Source: Candidatus Fermentibacteraceae bacterium
Lineage (GTDB): Bacteria; Fermentibacterota; Fermentibacteria; Fermentibacterales; JCC-6
NCBI GenBank assembly: GCA_041686025.1
Contig: JAWLEP010000001.1
Span: 65,121 to 129,120 of the forward strand
DNA: 64,000 nt
Reading direction: 5' to 3'
The translations under genes and the position numbers were made by a program. Each line of letters opens with the position of its first letter. The first letter of the stretch is position 1. Of this stretch, positions 10,746-20,334 are shown in pieces. Under the pieces are notes generated by a model. It was not told where the DNA came from. It searched no databases and was given only the letters and a program-made list of their open reading frames with translations.

Positions 10746-11458
10746 GATGGCTAAGCCCGCTGCTCCTGGCGGCGATGCTCGGCCCCGCCGCGCACGCCGG
10801 AGAGCTCATGAGGCTGGTCACGGAGCCCACGGCGGGGGTGGTGGCGAAGCGAACCTACTACGTGGGCATGGGCACCTTCCCGGACAACGGGGTGACCTTC
10901 TCGGTCTCCCTGGGGATCACCCGGGGACTGATGGTGGGGGCCTCCTACGGCGCCTGGAACCTCACCGGCACCGGCGAGACCGACTGGTTCGACCACGTCA
11001 CCATCCTGGCCAGGTTTCGCTTCCTGGGGGAGACCGAGGGCTTCCCGGGCCTGGCCCTGGGGTACGACGGCCGGGAGGAGCCGTCCCGTGCCGGCGGCGC
11101 GTACTCCAGGCGGGACAGGGGATTCTACCTGGCGGCCAGCAAGAACTTCGCCATGCCTCCCGGAGACCTCGGCCTCCATGGGGGATTGAGCCTGTCTCCG
11201 GATCACCCGGAGCATGCCGGGGTATTCCTGGGCATCGACAAGAGCCTTCCCGGCGGGTTCGGCCTGGCCGCCGACTGGGACCTGGCCACGGACGAGGCGG
11301 ACAGCGTGAGGTTCGACGACGCGGGCGGCTTCGTAAACCTGGAGGCCTACTGGGAGAGCTTCGGGCAGGTCAGGATATCGCTGCAGCTCAAGGACATACT
11401 GGAATCAGGCGGGGAGAGCTACAGGGCACTGGGGGTAGACTTCCTGGGCCTCCTCTGA
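10742..11458 (+). CDS. Secreted/outer-membrane beta-barrel-like protein (YjbH-like)
   Basis: Signal peptide MRWLSPLLLAAMLGPAAHA, alternating aromatic/Gly strands. Confidence 0.6.
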   Translation: MRWLSPLLLAAMLGPAAHAGELMRLVTEPTAGVVAKRTYYVGMGTFPDNGVTFSVSLGITRGLMVGASYGAWNLTGTGETDWFDHVTILARFRFLGETEGFPGLALGYDGREEPSRAGGAYSRRDRGFYLAASKNFAMPPGDLGLHGGLSLSPDHPEHAGVFLGIDKSLPGGFGLAADWDLATDEADSVRFDDAGGFVNLEAYWESFGQVRISLQLKDILESGGESYRALGVDFLGLL

Positions 11459-11499
11459 ACCGCAGGGGATCATCCATCAAAAGGAACGGAAGACTGGAA

Positions 11500-12732
11500 A
11501 TGGACCTGGACAGGATTCGCTCAGACTACGCCCGCATGCTGATCCGATCGGGAGTCAACGTCACGGAGGGGCAGCCGGTGCTGATCCGGGCCGAGGCGGT
11601 ACACAGGGAGTTCGCCAGGGAGCTGGCCCGGGAGGCCTACCGGGCCGGGGCCAGGGCCGTGGTCCTGCGGTACGGCGACCAGGCGGCCGGGCGGATAAGG
11701 CTGGACGAGACCAGGGACCCGGAGTACCTGGACTTCGTCCCCGGGTACGCGCAGAAGATGTACGACACCATCGTGGAGGGGAACTGGGCCAGCATCGCCC
11801 TGCGGGGGCCGGAGGACCCCGACGTCTACGAGGGCGCGGACCCGCAGCGCCTGGGCCGGGTGCAGAAGGCAACCCGAATGGCGGCCAGGGACTTCATGTC
11901 GGCCGTTTCCTCCAACAGGATCTCCTGGAACGTCTGCCTGAGCCCCACCGAGGCCTGGGCGGCCAAGGTCCTGGGAGAGAGCGGCGCGGACTGGCGGGAG
12001 AGGATATGGGAGGTTCTGGTTCCCATCCTGCGGCTGGACGCGGAGGATCCGGCGGCGGCCTGGCTGGAGCACGACGCCGAGCTGAAGCGCCGCTGCGGGC
12101 ACATGAACGGCGCCCGCTACGACGGGATTCGCTTCCGCGGCCCGGGAACCGACCTGTTCGTGGGCCTGCGGCCGGACAGGGTGTTCGCCGGCGGCAGATG
12201 CCGGGCGGCCGACGGCAGGATGTTCTTCCCCAACATCCCCACCGAGGAGATCTTCAGCACCCCCGATGCCGCCAGGACCAGGGGCCGGGCGGCCTGCACC
12301 AGGCCGGTGGAGGTCATGGGCACCCCGGTGGAGGGGGCGTGGTTCGTCTTCGAGGAGGGGAAGGTGGTGGACTTCGGCGCCGACAGGAACCGGGAGACAC
12401 TTGCCCGCTACCTGGAGACCGATGACCGGGCGGCCTACCTCGGCGAGGTGGCGCTGGTGGATGTCTCCTCTCCCATATTCAGCAGCGGACGGGTCTTCCA
12501 CAGCATCCTCTTCGACGAGAACGCCGCCTGTCACATCGCCCTGGGCAACGGCTACGCGGACTGCATAGAGGGCGGCACGGAGATGAGCAGAGACCAGCTT
12601 CGGGAGGTGGGCTGCAACGTCTCGCTGGTCCATACCGATTTCATGATCGGCTCCGAAGAGGTCTCCGTCTGGGGCGTGGACAGCGACGGCGGCGAGGAGC
12701 CGGTAATGGACTGTGGAAGCTTTGTGATTTAG
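11500..12732 (+). CDS. Aminopeptidase, peptidase M29 (AmpS/AmpT) family
   Basis: [42 protein letters not shown]. Confidence 0.93.
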   Translation: MDLDRIRSDYARMLIRSGVNVTEGQPVLIRAEAVHREFARELAREAYRAGARAVVLRYGDQAAGRIRLDETRDPEYLDFVPGYAQKMYDTIVEGNWASIALRGPEDPDVYEGADPQRLGRVQKATRMAARDFMSAVSSNRISWNVCLSPTEAWAAKVLGESGADWRERIWEVLVPILRLDAEDPAAAWLEHDAELKRRCGHMNGARYDGIRFRGPGTDLFVGLRPDRVFAGGRCRAADGRMFFPNIPTEEIFSTPDAARTRGRAACTRPVEVMGTPVEGAWFVFEEGKVVDFGADRNRETLARYLETDDRAAYLGEVALVDVSSPIFSSGRVFHSILFDENAACHIALGNGYADCIEGGTEMSRDQLREVGCNVSLVHTDFMIGSEEVSVWGVDSDGGEEPVMDCGSFVI

Positions 12733-12740
12733 GGGGAGAG

Positions 12741-12917
12741 ATGCTCGACGAGAAGCTGCTGGAGATACTGGCCTGCCCCAAGTGCAAGGGCGAGCTGGAG
12801 TACAGGACCGAGCCCCGGGAGGAGCTGGTCTGCCACAAGTGCAGGCTGGTATACCGGGTGGAGGACGACATACCCATCATGCTCATAGACGAGGCTGCTC
12901 CGCTGGAGGGGGAGTGA
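12741..12917 (+). CDS. Trm112 family (UPF0434) protein, missed by ORF track
   Basis: [21 protein letters not shown]...[22 protein letters not shown]; purine-rich RBS GGGGGAG upstream. Confidence 0.92.
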   Translation: MLDEKLLEILACPKCKGELEYRTEPREELVCHKCRLVYRVEDDIPIMLIDEAAPLEGE

Positions 12918-13180
12918 CGCGGATAGTCCTGGACCTGAAAGTGGTGCCCCGTTCCTCCCGGCCCGGGTACCTGGGCCGCATGGCGGACGGGACGCTGAGG
13001 TTCGGCCTCTCCTCTCCTCCCGTGGACGGAAAGGCAAACCGCGAGCTGGCGGAGATGCTGGCGGAGGCCTTCGGCACCCGCAGGTCCGGGGTGGAGATCC
13101 TCTCCGGCTCCGCAAGCCGGCGCAAGAGGGTGGCGGTTGCCGGCGCCACCCGCAGGCCCGGCTGGTACGGGCGGTCGTAG
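12914..13180 (+). CDS. DUF167/YggU family protein
   Basis: [31 protein letters not shown] overlap start. Confidence 0.88.
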   Translation: MTRIVLDLKVVPRSSRPGYLGRMADGTLRFGLSSPPVDGKANRELAEMLAEAFGTRRSGVEILSGSASRRKRVAVAGATRRPGWYGRS

Positions 13181-13190
13181 CCGCAACAGC

Positions 13191-13219
13191 TTGCACTTGG
13201 CCTTCGTGCTTCACATAAT
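13191..13219 (+). promoter_or_regulatory. Putative sigma70 promoter upstream of PNP-like gene/ileS
   Basis: TTGCAC-N17-CATAAT. Confidence 0.6.
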
Positions 13220-13226
13220 CGCCGTT

Positions 13227-13276
13227 CCCGTCGGGGCGGCCACCGGTTACTCACCGGCGCCGCCCCGCCGGGTTTT
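13227..13276 (+). terminator. GC-rich leader hairpin followed by TTTT
   Basis: CCCG/CGGG, CGGGGCGGC/GCCGCCCCG, CCGGT/ACCGG stems, loop TACTC, then TTTT. Confidence 0.5.
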
Positions 13277-13303
13277 CACCCGGAGCGGAGAGGACTGGCC
13301 CGA

Positions 13304-13885
13304 ATGCTGGTTATGCTTCCCCAGGACTGGCCGGACGATCTGGACTCTTCCGTGGAGGCGGAATCGGTGCGCGTCCTCCGGCGAAAGCCGGGTAGGGACG
13401 GCTGCGACTCGGTGCGGTCGGCCCTGGGAAGCGGAGAGAGGCTGTTCCTCCTCTGCGCCGACGGGGCGGCGGCGGATTCGGGATGGATGGTGGCCGGGGA
13501 CCACATCGGCCTGTTCGGGCCCAGCCCGCTGGCGGGTCCCAACCGGGACGACCTGGGCCCCCGCTTTCCCTCTCTGAAGGGCATATACAGCTGCCCCGAG
13601 GGGAGCTGGCGGAGGGGCTTGGTGCTGCGGGTACCCCACTGGCAGCTGGCCACTCCGGCGGAGCTGGCGGCAACCGGAGCGGATGCCGCGGTCTCCGCGG
13701 CGGTGGACGAAGCCGTGGTGGCCGGCCACGGAGGCGGAAGGGTGATGCTTCTGGTGCGCTGCAGCGCCTGGGGCTCCGCATGCGGGGAGCCGGCGCCGCT
13801 GGCAGAGGCGGCCAGCAGGTTCTGCGAGACCGAAGGCGAAAACCATGAGAGCGGGGCAGGGGCCCCGGAGACCCGAGGGAGGTGA
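13304..13885 (+). CDS. Degenerate purine nucleoside phosphorylase-fold protein
   Basis: DHIGLFGPSPLAGPNRDDLGPRFPSL, TPAE..GADA resemble trimeric PNP; catalytic motifs altered, N-terminus short. Confidence 0.65.
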   Translation: MLVMLPQDWPDDLDSSVEAESVRVLRRKPGRDGCDSVRSALGSGERLFLLCADGAAADSGWMVAGDHIGLFGPSPLAGPNRDDLGPRFPSLKGIYSCPEGSWRRGLVLRVPHWQLATPAELAATGADAAVSAAVDEAVVAGHGGGRVMLLVRCSAWGSACGEPAPLAEAASRFCETEGENHESGAGAPETRGR

Positions 13886-13892
13886 GGGGCGA

Positions 13893-16658
13893 ATGAGTTA
13901 CAAGGATTCCATAAGTCTGCCGAAGACCAGCTTCTCCATGAAGGGCAACCTCATCAGGAGGGAGCCGGAGATGCTGAAGGACTGGGACGAGCAGGACCTC
14001 GAGGGCCGGCTGAGAGAGGCCGGCGGGGGGCGCCCCCGCTTCGTGCTCCACGACGGCCCCCCCTACGCCAACGGCCACGTCCACCTGGGGACGGCGCTGA
14101 ACAAGATACTGAAGGACTTCATAGTCAAGTCACACACCATGATGGGCTACGACTCCCCCTACGTGCCGGGATGGGACTGCCACGGCATGCCCATAGAGCA
14201 CAAGGTGGTGAGCGCCGCCGAGGGAGAGGACCTGACCAGGGCCGAGATCCGCCGGAGGTGCCGGGAGTACGCCCTGAGGTACGTGGACGTCCAGCGGGAG
14301 GAGTTCCGCCGGCTGGGCGTTTTCGGGCAGTGGCAGAGACCCTACCTCACCATGAGCCGGTCCTACGAGGCCGGCATCGTGCGGGCCTTCGGCAGGATGG
14401 CGGGAAAGGGCTACGTCTACCTGGGCCTGAGGCCCATCCACTGGTGCACCTCCTGCTCCACCGCCCTGGCCGACGCCGAGGTGGAGTACGCCGACCACTC
14501 CTCGCCGTCGATATACGTGGCCTTCGACCCGGCGGACCCGGACCGGTGGCGGGACCGGGGCGTCCCGGAAGGCACCCGCGTGGTGATATGGACCACCACC
14601 CCCTGGACGCTTCCGGCCAACCGGGCGGTGGCCCTGCATCCCTCCGCCCGCTACGTGGTGGTGGAGACCGCCGATTACGGCAGGCTCCTGGTGGCGGCGG
14701 ACAGGGCGGAGGCCTTCCTGAAGGACGCCGGACTGGAGGGCAGCGTCTCCGAGTCGCCCACCCTCACCGGCGCAGAGCTTGCGGGGCTGGATCTGCGGCA
14801 CCCCCTGGACGGCGACGTGCGTTCGAAGGTGGTCACCGCGGAGCACGTTACCATGGATGACGGCACCGGCTGCGTGCACACCGCCCCCGGACACGGCGCC
14901 GAGGACTTCATGATAGCCCCGGAGTACGAGCTGGAGGTCTTCAGCCCCGTGGACGGGGATGGCCGCTTCACCGGAGCCGCCGGCCCCTACGCCGGCCTGC
15001 ACGTCTTCGAGGCGAACCCCCGGATAACCGAGGACCTGCGGAATTCCGGCCATCTGCTGGCCTCCCGGAGCATAACCCACAGCTATCCGCACTGCTGGAG
15101 GTGCAAGAGCCCCCTGATCTTCCGGGCCACCGAGCAGTTCTTCCTGGACCTGGACCGCCACGGCCTGAAGGACCGGGTGCTGGACATGGTGGAGGAGGTG
15201 AGCTGGCATCCCGCCTGGGGCCACGAGCGCATGCGCAACATGATGGAGTCCCGGCCGGACTGGTGCCTCTCGCGGCAGCGGGCCTGGGGCGTCGCCCTGC
15301 CCGCCTTCCTCTGCCGGGACTGCGGCAGCCCGGTGCTGGACCCCGAGGTCATCGACGCGGTGGCCGACCTGGTGGAGGAGGAGGGGTCGGACGTGTGGTT
15401 CGACCGCAGCCCGGAGCAGCTCTTCGACCTGGCGGGGAAGAGCCCGGAGTGCCCCTCCTGCGGAGGCGGCTCGCTGAGGCGTGTCGATGACATACTGGAC
15501 GTCTGGTTCGACAGCTCCCTCAGCCACTACAACGTGCTCACCGGCCGGCACATGCTGGAGCGTCCCTGTGCCGTGTACCTGGAGGCCACCGACCAGCACC
15601 GCGGCTGGTTCGGCGTCAGCCTGATATCCAGCTGCGCGCTGGACCTGGACCGCCCCGCCGACAACATCATCACCCACGGCCTGATACAGGACAAGCACGG
15701 CAAGAAGATGTCCAAGTCCCTGGGCAACGTGATCTCGCCGCTGGAGATAGTGGACAGGATGGGGGCCGACATCCTCAGGCTGTGGTTCGCCTCCGTGGAC
15801 TACACGGCGGACTTCCGGGCGGACATGGCCCAGCTGGACGATGCCAGGCAGGCCTACAAGAAGCTGCGCAACACGCTGCGCTTCATGCTGGGCAACCTCC
15901 GGGGATACGACACCCACGATTTCGACCCCGAGACCCTCGACGGCCTGGACCGCTACTCCTACCTCCGCTTCCGCAGGCTGCAGGAGCTGTGCCTGAGGGA
16001 GTACCGGAGCTTCGAGTTCCACCGCGCCTACCGCGAGCTGCGCAACTTCGCCGTCATCGACCTCTCCAACCTGCTGCTGGACGTCCGCAAGGACCGGCTC
16101 TACTGCGGCGACCCGGAGGGGGCGGAGAGGCGGAGCACCCGCTCGCTGCTGGCCCACATGCTGCGGGAGCTGGTGAAGCTGCTGGCCCCCATAGTGCCCT
16201 TCACCGCCGAGGACGCCTGGCAGAACCTTCCGGAGTGCCTCGGCGGGGGTGTGGACAGCGTGCACCTGGCCCTGCTGGAGCAGGTGGAGACCACGGAAGC
16301 GGAGAGGGCGGAGATGGAGGCCTGGGAGCCCTGCCTCGAGGTCCGCTCCCTGGCGCAGAAGAAGCTGGAGGAGGCCCGGGAGAGCGGCCTGATCCGCGAC
16401 AGCCTGCAGGCCAGGGTCAAGATGACGGTTCCCCCGGAAATGGTGCAGTCCGCCCGGGGGGAGGACTGGGCCGACTTCCTCATCGTCTCCGCCGCGGAGG
16501 TAGCCGCCGGCGACCAGCCTTCGGTGGAGGTGGAGAGGGCCCGCGGCGGCAAGTGCCAGCGCTGCTGGAAATGGACGCCGGAGGTGGGCACCGCTCCCTA
16601 CGCCGAAGATGTCTGCCTGCGGTGCTCGGAGGTCCTGACGAGGATGGAAGAGGGCTGA
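13893..16658 (+). CDS. ileS: Isoleucine--tRNA ligase (type 1)
   Basis: HDGPPYANGHVHLG, GWDCHGMPIE, WTTTPWT, KMSKS, C-terminal CxxC zinc site. Confidence 0.98.
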   Translation: MSYKDSISLPKTSFSMKGNLIRREPEMLKDWDEQDLEGRLREAGGGRPRFVLHDGPPYANGHVHLGTALNKILKDFIVKSHTMMGYDSPYVPGWDCHGMPIEHKVVSAAEGEDLTRAEIRRRCREYALRYVDVQREEFRRLGVFGQWQRPYLTMSRSYEAGIVRAFGRMAGKGYVYLGLRPIHWCTSCSTALADAEVEYADHSSPSIYVAFDPADPDRWRDRGVPEGTRVVIWTTTPWTLPANRAVALHPSARYVVVETADYGRLLVAADRAEAFLKDAGLEGSVSESPTLTGAELAGLDLRHPLDGDVRSKVVTAEHVTMDDGTGCVHTAPGHGAEDFMIAPEYELEVFSPVDGDGRFTGAAGPYAGLHVFEANPRITEDLRNSGHLLASRSITHSYPHCWRCKSPLIFRATEQFFLDLDRHGLKDRVLDMVEEVSWHPAWGHERMRNMMESRPDWCLSRQRAWGVALPAFLCRDCGSPVLDPEVIDAVADLVEEEGSDVWFDRSPEQLFDLAGKSPECPSCGGGSLRRVDDILDVWFDSSLSHYNVLTGRHMLERPCAVYLEATDQHRGWFGVSLISSCALDLDRPADNIITHGLIQDKHGKKMSKSLGNVISPLEIVDRMGADILRLWFASVDYTADFRADMAQLDDARQAYKKLRNTLRFMLGNLRGYDTHDFDPETLDGLDRYSYLRFRRLQELCLREYRSFEFHRAYRELRNFAVIDLSNLLLDVRKDRLYCGDPEGAERRSTRSLLAHMLRELVKLLAPIVPFTAEDAWQNLPECLGGGVDSVHLALLEQVETTEAERAEMEAWEPCLEVRSLAQKKLEEARESGLIRDSLQARVKMTVPPEMVQSARGEDWADFLIVSAAEVAAGDQPSVEVERARGGKCQRCWKWTPEVGTAPYAEDVCLRCSEVLTRMEEG

Positions 16659-17167
16659 TGCCGGGCTGGCCCTCCCGAATACGCGCCTACGGACTGGGCC
16701 TTCTGGTGCTGGGCCTGGACCAGGTCACCAAGCAGCTGGCGTCATCGGGCCTCACCATGGGCCGGCCGGTGGAGCTGGCCGGCCCGGCCGTAAGGCTGGC
16801 CCTCCGGCGCAACGCGGCGGCGGCCTTCAGCATTCCCTGGGGAGGGCCGGAGTTCCTTCTGGTGTTCAGCGCCGCCGCCGCCATCGTGGTGGCGGTGGTG
16901 ATCTGGCGCTGTCGCAGCTGCAGGCCGGTCTCGCTTCTGGCCCTGGGTGCGATCATGGGCGGCGCCGCCGGAAACGCGGTGGACCGCGTGCTCCACGGCT
17001 GGGTGATAGACTTCATAGACCTGGGCGCGGGGGGCTGGCGCTGGCCCACCTTCAACGTAGCGGACATAGCCATAACCGCAGGAGGTGTCCTGCTGGTGAT
17101 ACTCCACGGCGGAAAGACCGGATCACGGGGGAAGGGAGGGGAGGTCGGTGATGGACAGCAGGCCTGA
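16658..17167 (+). CDS. lspA: Lipoprotein signal peptidase
   Basis: LDQVTK, GGAAGNAVDR, VIDFID, WPTFNVAD. Confidence 0.95.
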   Translation: MPGWPSRIRAYGLGLLVLGLDQVTKQLASSGLTMGRPVELAGPAVRLALRRNAAAAFSIPWGGPEFLLVFSAAAAIVVAVVIWRCRSCRPVSLLALGAIMGGAAGNAVDRVLHGWVIDFIDLGAGGWRWPTFNVADIAITAGGVLLVILHGGKTGSRGKGGEVGDGQQA

Positions 17168-18110
17168 CAGACACGGATGCACGGTGGTGGCCATCGGCGG
17201 GAACTCCCTGATCCGCTCCCACCGGAAGGGCCGGGGCAACCTGGACACCCACGACGTGGCCCGGGAGATCTGCGAGGAGATAGCGGTGCTGGCGGAGATC
17301 CGGGGCAGCGTGGTGGTGACCCACGGGAACGGGCCCCAGGTGGGCTTCGAGCTGCTCCGCAACGCGGCGGCGGCCGACATCGTCCCCCCCGACGGCATGG
17401 ACGTCAACGTGGCCGCCACCCAGGGCTACATAGGCTACTACCTCCAGCAGGTACTGGGCGACGTCCTGGAGGAGCGGGGCAGGGACATCCCGGTGGCCAG
17501 CCTGGTGACCCAGATCACCGTGGACCCCGATGACCCGGGGTTCGACAGTCCCACCAAGCCGGTAGGCCCCTTCTACACCGAGGAGGAGGCCCGCCGCATG
17601 GCGGAGGATGACGGATGGGAGATGCGGGAGGACGCCGGCCGCGGCTGGCGGCGGGTGGTCCCCTCTCCCCGGCCGGTGAAGATACTGGAGCTCCCCTGCG
17701 TGGAGGCTCTGGTGGACGCCGGCCAGATAGTGATCTGCGCCGGCGGCGGCGGCGTTCCGGTGGTCCGGGACGGCTGCAAGGTGCGGGGGGTGGCCGCGGT
17801 GATAGACAAGGACAGGGCCAGCTCGCTGCTGGCCCAGCGCCTGGGTGCGGACACCTTCGTGATCTCCACCGCCGTGCCGCAGGTGTGCCTCAACTTCGGC
17901 CGCCCCGACGAGAGGCCCCTGGACAGGATCGGTCCCGAGGAGCTGGACCGCTACGTGGAGGAGGGCCACTTCGCCCCGGGCTCCATGCTGCCCAAGATAG
18001 AGGCCGCCCGCCGCTTCCTGGAGGGGGGCGGCAGCCGCGTGATCATCACCTCCCCGGGCAACGTCATCGAGGCCATGGAGGGCCGCGCCGGCACCACAAT
18101 AACACCGTAA
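17148..18110 (+). CDS. arcC: Carbamate kinase
   Basis: AIGGNSL, THGNGPQVG, PTKPVGPFY, WRRVVPSP, VIDKD, GSMLPK. Confidence 0.95.
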   Translation: MMDSRPDRHGCTVVAIGGNSLIRSHRKGRGNLDTHDVAREICEEIAVLAEIRGSVVVTHGNGPQVGFELLRNAAAADIVPPDGMDVNVAATQGYIGYYLQQVLGDVLEERGRDIPVASLVTQITVDPDDPGFDSPTKPVGPFYTEEEARRMAEDDGWEMREDAGRGWRRVVPSPRPVKILELPCVEALVDAGQIVICAGGGGVPVVRDGCKVRGVAAVIDKDRASSLLAQRLGADTFVISTAVPQVCLNFGRPDERPLDRIGPEELDRYVEEGHFAPGSMLPKIEAARRFLEGGGSRVIITSPGNVIEAMEGRAGTTITP

Positions 18111-18111
18111 T

Positions 18112-18201
18112 GGGGACGGAGGTATTTTAGCAGGCGAATAAATCGCTGTAGGCCTGCAAGAGCATCGCGCTTTATTCGCCTGCTAAAATACCTCCGTCCC
18201 C
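18112..18201. repeat. REPIN/MITE-like palindromic element, copy 1
   Basis: Perfect 31-bp inverted repeat 18112-18142 / 18171-18201, followed by TTTT; 18-bp ends shared with 61728-61832. Confidence 0.85.
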
Positions 18202-18210
18202 TTTTCGTAC

Positions 18211-18239
18211 TTGACGGAAACTGGGGCCCGGTATATCCT
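18211..18239 (+). promoter_or_regulatory. Putative sigma70 promoter of tRNA-Val/thrS
   Basis: TTGACG-N17-TATCCT, GC-rich discriminator, just upstream of tRNA. Confidence 0.7.
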
Positions 18240-18256
18240 TGCCCCTGCTGATCGGT

Positions 18257-18333
18257 GGGCGATTAGCTCAGGTGGCTAGAGTGCTTGCTTGACATGCAAG
18301 AGGTCACTGGTTCAAGTCCAGTATCGCCCACCA
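18257..18333 (+). tRNA. tRNA-Val (GAC)
   Basis: Acceptor GGGCGAT/ATCGCCC, anticodon arm CTTGC-TT GAC AT-GCAAG, T arm ACTGG-TTCAAGT-CCAGT, encoded CCA. Confidence 0.97.
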
Positions 18334-18388
18334 TCTTTTTTTGCCCGTAACCGCCTGCATGGCTTATTTCTACAAGGGGAGCCGCATC

Positions 18389-20332
18389 GTGAAGCTGACA
18401 TTTCCAGACGGCAGCGTGTCCTCTTTCGAGGCCGGAACAACGGGCCTCGAGGTGGCGGAGTCCATATCCCGCAGCCTGGCCAAGAAGGCCCTGGTCTGCA
18501 AGATCAACGGCACCCCGGTGGACCTGACCCTGCCTCTGCCCGAGGAGGGCGAGATCCGCATACTCACCTTCGCCGACGAAGAGGGAGCGGACGCCATGCG
18601 GCACAGCGCCTCCCATATGCTGGCTGCGGCGGTGAAGCGCCTCTTCCCCGGGACGAAGCTGGGGATCGGCCCCGCCATAGAGGACGGCTTCTACTACGAC
18701 ATGGACATACCCGGATTCGGCGGCGAGGAGGACCTGGAGCGCATCCGGGAGGAGATGCTCCGCCAGGTGAAGGAGGACCTGCCGTTCCGCCGCAGCGAGA
18801 TGCCCCTCGAAGAGGCCCGTGAGCTCCTGAAGCAGCAGGGGGAGGAATACAAGCTGGAGCTGCTGGACGACCTGGAGCAGCGGGGGGAGACGGAGGTCAG
18901 CTTCTACAGCCACGGTGACTTCACCGACATGTGCCGGGGCCCCCACGTCCCCTCCACCGGCCGCCTGCGGCACGTGAAGCTGCTGAGCGTGGCCGGCGCC
19001 TACTGGCGGGGGGACGAGAACCGCACGATGCTCACCAGGATCTACGGTACGGTCTTCGACAGCCGCTCGGCGCTGCAGGAGCACCTCGAGCTGCTGGAGG
19101 AGGCCAGGAAGCGCGACCACCGCAAGCTGGGCCGGGAGCTGGGGCTGTTCATGGTGGGCGGCGAAGGCGGTCCGGGGCTGGTCTACTGGCTGCCCCGGGG
19201 AACGGTGCTCAAGGAGGAGCTGGAGGGCCTCTGGAAGGACGCCCACAGGGCGGCCGGATACCAGCTGGTGGCAACGCCCCACGTGGCGCCGGCGGAGCTC
19301 TGGAAGACCTCGGGCCACTACTACTACTACCGCGACAACATGTACTTCCTGGACGTGGAGGGCGGCGAGTACGCAATAAAGCCCATGAACTGCCCCGGCC
19401 ACATACTCATCTACCGCAGCGAGACCCGCTCCTACCGCGACCTGCCCCTCCGGCTGGCCGAGCTGGGAACCGTCTACCGCTACGAGAAGAGCGGAGTGCT
19501 CCACGGTCTGATGCGGGTGCGCGGGTTCACCGTCGATGACGGCCACATATTCTGCAACGACGAGACGGCGCTGGGCGAGATCCAGGACGTGGTCCGGTTC
19601 GCCCTGTACATGCTGAGGATATTCGATTTCGGCTACGAGCTGGAGCTCTCCCTGGGCGACCCCGGACGCGCCGACCACTACGCGGGGGAGCCCGAGGACT
19701 GGCGCAAGGCGGAGAAGATCCTGGCCAGGGCCCTGGACGAGATGGGCGAGAGCTACGCCACCGTATCGGGGGAGGCGGCCTTCTACGGCCCCAAGATAGA
19801 CATAAAGCTCCGGGACGCCCTGGGCCGGACCTGGCAGGGGCCTACGGTGCAGTTCGACTTCAACATACCCAGCAGGTTCGACCTGACCTACGTGGGCGCC
19901 GACGGCGCCGACCACAGGGTCCTGCTGATACACAGGGCCCTCTTCGGGTCGGTGGAGAGGTTCATAGGCAACCTGATAGAGCACTACGCCGGCAACTTCC
20001 CGGGTTGGCTTGCGCCCCTGCAGGTAGTTATCTTACCCATAACGTCGGACCAGCACGAGACCGCGCGGCGAGTCGAGGCGGAAGTAAGGTCCGCCGGCCT
20101 TCGCTGCAAGGTGGACGGGCGCAACGAGACCATCGGCTACCGCATACGCGAGGCCGAGACCCTCAAGGTTCCGTTCATGCTGGTGATAGGAGCGAGAGAA
20201 GCCGGTACTGGAAAGGTGGCCCTCCGGGTCCACGGAGAGGGTGACAGGGGATCCCTGCCCCTCGACGAGGTGCTGGAGGAGCTGAAGGCCGCCTGTATGC
20301 GGCCTGCACTGCCGAATGGAGGAGGTAGGTAG
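18389..20332 (+). CDS. thrS: Threonine--tRNA ligase
   Basis: TGS domain, RHSASH, DMCRGPHV, RDHRKLG, KPMNCPGH; GTG start after AAGGGGAG. Confidence 0.97.
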   Translation: MKLTFPDGSVSSFEAGTTGLEVAESISRSLAKKALVCKINGTPVDLTLPLPEEGEIRILTFADEEGADAMRHSASHMLAAAVKRLFPGTKLGIGPAIEDGFYYDMDIPGFGGEEDLERIREEMLRQVKEDLPFRRSEMPLEEARELLKQQGEEYKLELLDDLEQRGETEVSFYSHGDFTDMCRGPHVPSTGRLRHVKLLSVAGAYWRGDENRTMLTRIYGTVFDSRSALQEHLELLEEARKRDHRKLGRELGLFMVGGEGGPGLVYWLPRGTVLKEELEGLWKDAHRAAGYQLVATPHVAPAELWKTSGHYYYYRDNMYFLDVEGGEYAIKPMNCPGHILIYRSETRSYRDLPLRLAELGTVYRYEKSGVLHGLMRVRGFTVDDGHIFCNDETALGEIQDVVRFALYMLRIFDFGYELELSLGDPGRADHYAGEPEDWRKAEKILARALDEMGESYATVSGEAAFYGPKIDIKLRDALGRTWQGPTVQFDFNIPSRFDLTYVGADGADHRVLLIHRALFGSVERFIGNLIEHYAGNFPGWLAPLQVVILPITSDQHETARRVEAEVRSAGLRCKVDGRNETIGYRIREAETLKVPFMLVIGAREAGTGKVALRVHGEGDRGSLPLDEVLEELKAACMRPALPNGGGR

Positions 20333-20334
20333 CC

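Noticed and set aside
13225..13300. T-box or SRP RNA upstream of ileS
   Set aside because: Too short; lacks the T-box antiterminator consensus and the SRP loop motif
18112..18201. Palindromic repeats as CRISPR repeats
   Set aside because: Only two dispersed copies, no repeat-spacer periodicity and no cas genes
18257..18333. tRNA-Val as an integration site
   Set aside because: No integrase nearby and no duplicated tRNA 3' end noticed in the window
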